A stretch of 64,000 nucleotides of DNA. Origin: Neophaeotheca triangularis. Lineage: Eukaryota. The position numbers and the translations under genes were made by a program. Shown piece after piece: positions 32,669-42,010 of the stretch. Each line of letters begins with the position of its first letter. The first letter of the stretch is position 1. Under the pieces are notes generated by a model. It did no database searches. It had not been told where the DNA came from and worked only from the letters and a program-made list of their open reading frames with translations. Location of the stretch: assembly GCA_054600435.1 (NCBI GenBank), contig BAAIJX010000081.1, positions 1 through 64,000 of the forward strand. Direction: 5' to 3'.

Positions 32669-34088
32669 ATGAGCGTTCGAATAATTGCAAAGCAAAGCTC
32701 GCCAGATGGCCGGAAGGATCTACCTTGGCACGAGAAGATGTGTAAGCCGCAGGACCTCGTTGCTGCTACTAAGGCGACGGCGTCTTTCGTGTAAGCGAGC
32801 TCATAAGAACCGTGTCTGAGATCGGACGCTTACTCGTTACTTGCCCAGTTTCCTAGACTTCAGCGACATCACTCCGCCCGTCCAGTCGAGCCTTTCCAAA
32901 ACCTTCAGTATTCCTACCTTCTTCTGGACTGATCTGTGCGAGGCGGCGAGTGGATTCTTCTGGGCAAGCGAATGCCCGGCCGCCGGTGATGAGAGTTCGT
33001 GCCAGATAACGGCCTTCCGGCTACTGATAAAATGTCGGCAGAGCCATTCTCAAGATCCCGTGGAATCGGCAAATGCATATCACTGGGAAAAGCTTGGATT
33101 CGTGACTTGCTGGCGGTCATCAGTGAACTTCGTGGTGCTTTGCTTCGATCTTCAACCTGCGACGAGGGACATAATCCGAGATGGTCTCTTCCATAACACC
33201 GGAGCAGTCGACGCTGAATCGCCGTTCGGTCTCCATACCTTCCTGTTGCTGCATGTTGTGCACCGCTTTGACGAAACGCTCTGGTCTTGGAGAAACCTGG
33301 TCCGCCACTGGGAGAAGAACAGACCCGATCCAACGCGAGACTCCACAGATCGTTTTGAGGATATGCATGAGACTGCTCGACACTTGATCCATTGCTCCGA
33401 GATGCTGACTACTGCGCTTGCCGTCGTCGACAGCATCCGCAAGGAAAGCAAAATGAGCTCGTGGCAAGTGCTGCGTGCGGGCGCCGCTGCCCAACGCGAT
33501 CTCGATTTCCACAACTCGATGCTCTCGTGCCTCCTGCAGCGATCAAAAGCTTTGGAGGCTCGCTTGCAGAACGAGATGAACCTTGTGAGTATTTTAACAC
33601 TGTCAGGGGGGATTGAGCCCTTACTCACCGCTTCACCTACAGGCTTTCCACACGAACGCACAGCATGATAGCTTAGTGTCCAGCAGCATCGCTGAAGCTA
33701 GTAAGCGAGACAGTAATGCTACCAAAGCAATCAGTATCCTGGGAATGGTGTTCCTGCCGGGGACGTTTGTCAGCGTGAGTTTGTACTTCGTTTACTTCTA
33801 CCATGCTTTTACTAAATAGTCGTTCTGCAGGCCATTTTCAGCATGAGTTTCTTCCACCACGCGCCCAGCTCAGATGGTGGATCGGAGGAGTGGAGATTGT
33901 CGAGCGAATTTTGGATGTACTGGGCCGTCGCTATCCCGCTCACGGTGGCCACGATAGTTGTATGGTATCTCTGGCAGAGGGAACCAGTTCCAGTAAAGTC
34001 TGCCGAGTTCAACCGCTCCACACGAGGGAGTATTCGCATGTCTCCGTTGAGCCCAGACAGTGCGAAGGATGTAAGAAGATTAGTGTGA
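32669..34088 (+). CDS. Fungal CorA-like two-TM membrane protein (about 415 aa; introns 32791-32848, 33585-33642, 33775-33830)
   Basis: Helical region ending RLQNEMNLAF, then SKRDSNATKAISILGMVFLPGTFVSAIFSMSFF and FWMYWAVAIPLTVATIVVWYLW, the C-terminal signature of fungal CorA-like proteins. Three GT-AG introns keep the frame. Confidence 0.85.
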
Positions 34089-34375
34089 TGGAGAGATCGC
34101 GCAGATTGGATTGTGTGCCGCATTATTCCTTTGTATTCTCAAGACAAAGTTCAAGCGTACTGACTCAGACTAGAGGAGGGTTTGCAAGCTCCCCAAACCT
34201 CGCGAGGGCATTGTAGACCTCCTCTTCTCGTTGTATCGGACGTCCATCACTCCAGGGGCAGCCCCTCACGCTCTCGATAAATATTTAAACTGGAATCACA
34301 CCCACCGGCCATGATGAGTTGTCACTTCCGAGTACAAACCGACGTGAAACATTCAGAGCCCAATCGTGTCGATAC

Positions 34376-35098
34376 CTACTTCGCTTCACCAGCTAGCCTC
34401 TGCTGCCTCTCAAACGCACCCCGAACGAAGCTCCTAAACTCCACGGCCAAATGCTGCGTGTGCTCATCAAACAACAACCGAGGAGCAGCCGCAGGAAACA
34501 GAATCCGCATCACGATCTGGCACCCGTCTCCCGTCTCCCGAACCTCTTGCATCGCGTAGAAGAAAAGCGTGTCATCGTCCAGAAAAGCGGTCCCACCCAG
34601 CTTCTTCGACTCGGGCTTGCCATACGCCAACACAAACTCCGGCAAGGGTGTCGCGGCATCCATGCGCACACAAGCTATGTGCTCTCCGATAGTCTCGACG
34701 ATGCCCACGCCGCCGGGCGGTAGGGCGTAATGTTCCGGGTGCGCGGGTGCCATGGTCTCGAGGAAAACCCGACGAGCGCCTTCGGGGGTCTGGGCGTCTT
34801 GGATCCATTCGTAGAACCAAGCGATGTATTGATCAAGTTTAAGTCCGTCGATATTCAAATCGATGCGGGATTCGGCGTACTGGTTTTGAGAATCGGCGAT
34901 GAGTTGTTTAAAGTATGCGTTGGCTTCTTGAATTTGCGGGTGCAGGAGGTCGAGCATTTGTTGGCTCGACAGGAGGGTTTTGATATTTTTGAGAGCGCGG
35001 CGAGAGAAGTCGAGTTCCCATTTGTCGATGTCACTTTCGGTGATGGTCTGGTGGTTTGAGGTCGAATATTCGACGTGCAATTCCGGTGATGGGGTCAT
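34376..35098 (-). CDS. Hypothetical protein, 240 aa, intronless
   Basis: Clean ORF with globular composition (APAHPEHYALP...GIVETIG...HLAVEF); no family recognised. Confidence 0.75.
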   Translation of the reverse strand: MTPSPELHVEYSTSNHQTITESDIDKWELDFSRRALKNIKTLLSSQQMLDLLHPQIQEANAYFKQLIADSQNQYAESRIDLNIDGLKLDQYIAWFYEWIQDAQTPEGARRVFLETMAPAHPEHYALPPGGVGIVETIGEHIACVRMDAATPLPEFVLAYGKPESKKLGGTAFLDDDTLFFYAMQEVRETGDGCQIVMRILFPAAAPRLLFDEHTQHLAVEFRSFVRGAFERQQRLAGEAK

Positions 35099-35712
35099 TT
35101 TACCTGACGTTGTTTTGCTTTAGCTTAGAATGTGAGGCTCTCAAGTAAATGCCAGATGGATCTCTCTTGTTGTGTCGATAAGTATTTGCCTGCGACCAGC
35201 ACAATACTTAAATACTTGCCTGCCATTGCCTTCTGAGCTACAGACCTACTCGGTCGGGACTATTAAACTCCGGTGACCGATGCGTTCAAGTCGGTCCATG
35301 GTGCGACGGGCCGACAATAAAAATTCCCCGATGAGTGATGCGCTGCAGTCATTTCCAGGGCATTTTGTTGGAAAAGGGAAGATGAAAGTGCCTCGCTGGT
35401 AGGTAGTGACAATTCATGAACTGTACCCTACCTTACTCTGCAAAGGCTTCCAGGCTCGCCGCCCAATGCTGGACAGAAAGCGATAGCGGGGAGTCACAAA
35501 TATCCACGGATCGCTTCCAGTTGCTTTGCAGGTCGCTACGTAGGTACAGGCCAGTAAGTTAGAAGTACCTCGCTACTGTCTTAGCTGCGCCAACGTGGAT
35601 CAAGGTTGCCTTTATGATTCGGTCAATACCTCCAACTCCCGGCTACATAGTTCCAGACGAAACAAATTCCCACAAACGGTTGTGATCCACTAAAGGTATC
35701 AGGCCGCTTATC

Positions 35713-36544
35713 ATGAAGATCATCCTCACTGGGGCGCACGGCGTAATAGGCAGCGCAGTGCTCCAACACGGCCTCACGGACCCGCAAGTCACATCTGTCA
35801 TTGCCCTCTCGCGTAGAGAGCTTGACGCGGACCACGCCAAATTGCAGACCATCATCAAGACTGAATTCGACGTCTACGATGCAGCGTTGATGAAGCAGCT
35901 GAAAGGAGCTGAGGCATGTGTCTGGTCTTCCGCTCTGCGGCTATGGAGTGTTTCCAAGTCGCTAGCGCCTGTTCGCTGATGGTAGCAAGGCCCTTGGTGC
36001 CCCAACGAGTGCGATTGGGGTGCATACGGCGTGGCTCTGGGCCGCTGCCCAAGCTTTCGCATCTGCTCTCGCACCTCCATTGCCGAAGGGCAAGCTGTTT
36101 AGATTCGTATATACCAGCAGAGCTGTGGTGGAGCGAGATCAGAGCAGGAGTCTTTGATTCTTGGCCGAAAGTCGAAAAGCTAGAGTATGTTAGTCTTGCG
36201 TTGGGGGACCCATGCAAATACCAAGAAACGAGTAGGGGGAGTTCGAGACGGATCTCCAGAAATATGTACCAAAGGCTGATACTTGGAACGCATTTATTGC
36301 GAGACTAGCGACGGTGGTTCTGGAGAAGCCGTCTTGGATGCAGGCAGCATTCAAAGCCGTCTTCCCCAAGTATGCGATCGATGTCAGCGAGCTTGTGGCT
36401 GCCATGGTTGATGTGGCCGTCAACGGCGGTGATCTGCATTGTCGCCGGTCGGAGACCTCAGTTAATCCGACGAGCGATAAAGAGTCGCTCGAAAGCGAGG
36501 TCTCACCGTCTTCTGAGCATGCGTTCGAATTGGGGGATAGCTAG
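35713..36544 (+). pseudogene. NAD(P)-binding Rossmann protein (atypical SDR / Him1-Fmp52-like), probably disabled
   Basis: MKIILTGAHGVIGSAVL...VIALSRR...GAEACVW, then FRFVYTSR...RSL*FLAESRKAR with in-frame TGA at 36155-36157, then IDVSELVAAMVDVAVNG. First intron donor is weak (GTCTTC). Confidence 0.7.
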
Positions 36545-39060
36545 ACGCCAGTCTCTTCACTGCTAGTAGGCTGCTCTCGTCCTATGTCCTTTATAACCTC
36601 GATCGCTTCCAGAGGGTTGTGACAGCATGTTCGCACCTTCCAGCTCTTTGGCCGTGGTTCGACGATATTGTGCTCGCCCCTTTAGCAACACGGCGGTGCT
36701 AAGTCGCAATGTCCCGTGCATACTAGTAAGCTCGCGAAGACAACTGTCCGGTGCTAGTCATCCTGTGCGCCAGTAGGACCTCGCCAGGCTAGTGCCGCGC
36801 TGCGTCCGGAGCATGGCAAATAAGGTGGCCGCGTCTGTTCAGAACAAGCTGGTCAACAGCCTAACGACGGGCTCAATTCAGGCTCTGCCGCATTTCGTCC
36901 ACTCTAACAGCGGGCGGCTTATATGCCCATCTCTTTTAGTATCCACTTCCTCATCGCCAAAGTGTGTAGCTCTTCTGTTTGCACTATGGTAACAGCGGTG
37001 CACCATGTGGAAGGGTATGGCTCGCCGACTAGAAGCTGGGAAAAGCGGCGAGGTGAGGACGAGGTCGTTGGACGGGAGGTGAGCATCGAAGAGCGTCGGA
37101 AGGACACGTCGGGCGTTGATCGGGCGGCACATGTAGACAAAATGGACGCTGGGTGTTCGATCGGAATACAGAATGTAGTTGAGAGAGTGGACCTGCTTCT
37201 CTGGCATGCGCCAGCTGAGAGTATCTCGTTGGGAAAAGGCAACGTGGAGGTAAGAGATAGCGCAAGAAGATACTTGACCAACGACGCCAAGACGTGGTAT
37301 TAGTAGCGCAAGCACAGTGGTCGAAAGCCCAGTTGTGCCTTGTTCACCTACCAATTGGACAACCTACCTCCTACTGTCTGTACTGTAACTGTATCCACTA
37401 TCCATTTGCTTCCCCCCGACAGCTTCCACTGCTCATAGTCCTATCTTTTTGACTCTGAAACCCGCATTTTCGCCCGGGGTACCGTCTAGAGTACGACATC
37501 ATTTGCGAGACAAGTTGGTGGCCATAGTAAGCCTTGAACATCGGATTGGTGCCGGTAGGACCGGGAGTATGGTCGGTTTCGCAAGGAGGTTGACTGAAGG
37601 ACGTCCTGAGTGCGAACCACACGGGAGTCAATCGAATTTTTTAACGTGCGCAGTGTTGATGGTTTGTATTACGGCGGGAGTTCAGGTAGAGATTGTTCAG
37701 GAAGATGTTCAAGTTTGCTCGCATATGTTGCGCCCACATCCCGATCGTATTCAGCGGGTACCTCCTATCGGGATGTTCGGAACAGCTGCGCCGAACAATT
37801 CCACACTTACGATAGACTTCAAGCCTCTTACGACAAAAGTCCTGGGGGACGGGAGGCAGGGCGATCTAAGATTGAAGCCTGAGTCGTTCAGATGACATCA
37901 AAAGGATCAACACAACAAGCCGACACCCGATAGAAAATATGTTATTACGTTTCGGAAAGGCCGTCCATGCTCCTGCCACGCGCGATTCTTTTAGTTATCA
38001 TTTTTCTCCAACATGGGGCACGCGACAGCGAATTGGAAGTGATGCCGGCCAACGGAATCGAGACATGTGCAAGGAGTGAGATGAAAGCGGAAGCCAGCGT
38101 CAAAAAACTCGACACGATGATGATGATGCTGGGCAGATTCGTTGCGATGTCTAACTAGGTAGACTTGTTACTGGTCGAATTAGCGTGGGATGCGTAACGT
38201 TGGCGACCTGAGTAGTGGGCATCTTGCCACAACGGTAGAAGTCCACGCGGGTCCTTGATCGCATCACCATGAACAGTAACAATAATAACGTTAATTGCTC
38301 GCCGCTGGTTTGGTCAACTTCCAATTGTCACTCCTAAGGTACCTTACCTAGTACCTAATCCGCGAAGCTCAAGGAAAGGCTTTTTTTAAGCCCTTCCAAG
38401 ATGTGCAAAGCGGGGCGACAAGGCGGGCTTCGCGGCAAGCCAAGCTGAGTAGCGAGCCATCCATGATGCTTGACGCTGGCCTTGAATCTATCTGCACATT
38501 CGACATCATTCTTCCGAATCCGGGCACCCTACCTTACCCTCATCCTCGTTCTCGATCCAAGTAATATGAAATGCTTACGAAGTGGCGGATGCAGAATTTG
38601 ATCGATATTTCATTACTAGGTGCAGTACCTCTCTCGTCTTAAGGTTATTATTATCGTATTAGAATTCACCATCTGAGGAGGGAACGAAGGTGGGGCTGAC
38701 ACGGGCGGCGTCAACGTGCCTTCCAACTCTCCCCACCACCTCTCTCCAGTAATCCAGTAGTGGCAAGTGCGAAAGGTAATAACACCAAATGTCTGATGAG
38801 GGTCCTCCGCTGCTTTTCCCCTCATCTCCGCCAAAAAGGTCATGATAGGTAAAGAGCCGTGCGATCGTCGCATCTTATCCTCCGCCTCCCATTCTCATCT
38901 TTTTGTCCTTCCTTCTTCCTCCTCCTCTCTTCTCATTCTCCTCACACATCCCCAAATTGACATTCTTCCATTGACTTGGTCTTTCCCATTCCCTTCGCCA
39001 TTTATACGCACTGTTACTGGCCAAAGACCCGGCTGATCATCCCCTCTACCACCACCCATC

Positions 39061-41069
39061 ATGCCTGCGCGCTTCGATCACCAGCCGGCGCAGGTCATGA
39101 ACCAATCCGACCTTGACCAAGCCAACGAGAAACTCGGCGACAAGTCCGAAGAGGACCACTCCTCCTCCAAATCCGACTCCGACGACCATCGTCCAACGCA
39201 CGCCGAAGGCAACAACGAGAAGCTCTCTCAATTGGGCACCAACGACAAGTATGAGCTCACCGAGGATGATTGCTACAGCGAGCTCGGCTACAGCTTCTCC
39301 AACGCAAAGAAGTGGTACATACTCACCATCATCTTCATTGTTCAAGTCTCCATGAATTTCAACACCAGTCTCTACTCCAACGCTATCGGTGGCATCTCCG
39401 AAGAGTTTGGCGTCAGTCTGCAGGCAGCAAGGTGCGGCGCTATGATCTTCCTAGTCCTTTACGGTTTCGGCTGCGAACTGTGGGCGCCGTGGTCTGAGGA
39501 GTTTGGACGCTGGCCTATCCTCCAGCTATCCCTCTTCTTGGTCAACCTCTGGCAATTGCCCGTAGCGCTTGCGCCCAACTTTGCGTCCATCATGGTCGGT
39601 CGTGCGCTCGGGGGGTTGTCATCCGCAGGAGGTTCGGTCACACTTGGTATGATTGCAGACTTGTGGGAGTCGGACAAGCAGCAGTATGCCGTGGCCTACG
39701 TCGTCTTCTCGTCCGTTGGCGGAAGTATCTTGGGACCCATTGTCGGTGGCTTCAGTGAAGCCTACCTCAGCTGGAGGTGAGCATATCGCATCGCAGCTGC
39801 CCGTGAATTCCTGCTAACGTTCGTCAGATGGTCCATCTGGATCCAGCTCATCTTCGGCGGCGCTATACAGGCACTCCACTTCTTCACCGTCCCGGAGACC
39901 CGAACTACGATCATGATGAACAGGATCGCAAAAAGGCGCAGAAAGGAGGGCAATCCCAACGTATGGGGCCCTGACGAGCTTGTGCCGTTCAAGGACCGCT
40001 TCTCCGCAAAGGAAATTTTGATAACATGGATCCGTCCGTTCAAGATGTGAGCCGCTCAATTACTTCCCAAACATGCCCTGGGATCAATCGTTGCTGACAA
40101 TCCGCAGGTTCTTGACCGAACCCATCGTGCTTGTCTTATCCTTGCTCTCCGGTTTCGCTGACGCCCTAGTGTTCATGTTCATCCAGTCATTCGCACTGGT
40201 CTATGACCAATGGGACTTCAGCACCGTCCAGATCGGTCTTTCCTTCATTCCCATTGGCGTTGGCTACTGCATTGCATGGGCCTCCTTTATCCCCGTCTTC
40301 AAGAGGAACATTAAGATGCGCGAAGCGAACCCCGACGACGAGAAGATACAGTACGAGTCCCGTCTGTGGTGGCTGTTGTACACCGCACCCTGCCTCCCAA
40401 TCGGTCTCTTCGGTTTTGCATGGACAATTCAAGGCCCTCCGGTTCACTGGATAGGCTCCATGGTCTTCTCCGCCATCATTGGTATCGCAAACTACGCCAT
40501 CTACATGGCTACGATCGACTACATGATTTGCGCCTACGGCCCTTACTCCGCTTCAGCCACCGGAGGCAATGGCTGGGCCCGTGATTTCCTTGCAGGTGTG
40601 CTTACCGTCCCAGCTACGCCGTTCTTTCAGAACATCGGAGCAGACGTCGGCCGCAACTTGGAGTACGCTTCAACTATCTTGGCTTGCATCTCCGTTGTCT
40701 TGGTGCTTGCCGTCTATGCCATCTACTGGAAGGGCCCCACTCTCCGCAAACGCTCGCCCTTCGCACAGCAGCTCGCCAGCGCCCGCCAAGAATCCGTGGA
40801 CGGTGGTCGTCGCCTCAGCTTCATCGCTAACTCTGATTTCACGAGGCGCAAGAGTGAGTAAAGCCAATGAATATTGGGCAGAGCAACCGCATGCTGACGC
40901 ATATACAGGCTCCGTCCAAGACGGTTCAAGCGCTACCCAGCGACCAAGCCAGGGCGGCCGTTCCTACAGCCAGTCCAATCGCTTCTTCGGCGAGAACCGT
41001 GTCACACCTAGAGGCACGCCCAGAGGCACCCCATCAGCTAGCCGCGCAAACAGTGTTGCCAGGAAGTAG
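39061..41069 (+). CDS. MFS transporter, DHA1-like (introns 39777-39827, 40047-40107, 40854-40908)
   Basis: WAPWSEEFGRWP motif A, GRALGGLSSAGGSV, PETR, FLTEPIV, many TM helices; canonical introns give a 613-aa frame. Confidence 0.93.
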
Positions 41070-42010
41070 GTCCGTCCTGGAACTCCGACTCCGACGCCGT
41101 TATCTCCTGCGAAAAGTGCGGCTTTCTTGCGAGTTCCGCAGTTTGTGCTTGGAGGCATGGAGATTTTACGATGATGCGTGATGGGTACTTTGTTTGGTTA
41201 TGGAAGTGCCAAAAGCGTGATACCACTGTATGGCGCTGTGGAATTTGGGTTTCAGCGACTTGGCTGAGGGCGCTTTGGTTGGGAGTGTGGATACGAGGTT
41301 TTTTGTATTAGTTGTATCGATATACATGGTTGAACGCCATTCTTGAGAAGGAAGCAATTTCGAAAAGAGGCTCGAAGCCCAACAACTCTGCGGTGCCTGT
41401 AACGCTTTGGTCATCGTCCTGTTAGTTTGACAGGTACATTGCTGCCTCCCTCGGCTCCGCGGATATGATGCTCGTTGTCGGCATAGAGTAAATGAACTTC
41501 ACTTAGGCAGGTTGAATGTTTACTGCGCCATGACGACCGGTCGCCGAGTGGCTGCAACCGTCAACATACCCCGAACCTCAGACACTTGTCCTCGTACCGC
41601 CACATCTTCCCACCGCGGTATTCAGCCGGCTAGCCCCTTCACAAGGCATTGACGGCACCCATGAACAAGCAAATAGTTGTGAATGGCTAGCCTAGTGAAA
41701 CACAGTTATGTTGAGGAAAAGGGAGAATCCAGATGACCCCGGGTCGTCAGTCGTTCATAGAGACGACAGCTCCAACGCTGACCCTATGGTACTATGGTAT
41801 AGACACATGTCAAGAACGGGTTTAGCGTGCTACCTTACCGGCCCGAGATTCGGCTGGGTTGCCGATCGCGGAGTGCTGCCTGCGGGGGGCATTGAGCTTC
41901 TCCCGTCTCTCTCCAACAACCCAGGTACCTAGGTAGGTACATAGCAAACATTCCTTCACTCAAGTCCGCAGAATATCGCAGCGGCATACTCGGTTTCAGC
42001 TCGGCGGATC

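Noticed and set aside
17800..37900. Starship-type giant element carrying the NLR and orphan genes
   Set aside because: No DUF3435 tyrosine recombinase seen, and conserved genes (CSN1, CFEM-like) lie in the middle of the interval.
36600..38900. Short ORFs between the Rossmann pseudogene and the MFS gene
   Set aside because: No recognisable motifs or consistent exon structure; may include decayed gene remnants but cannot be supported.
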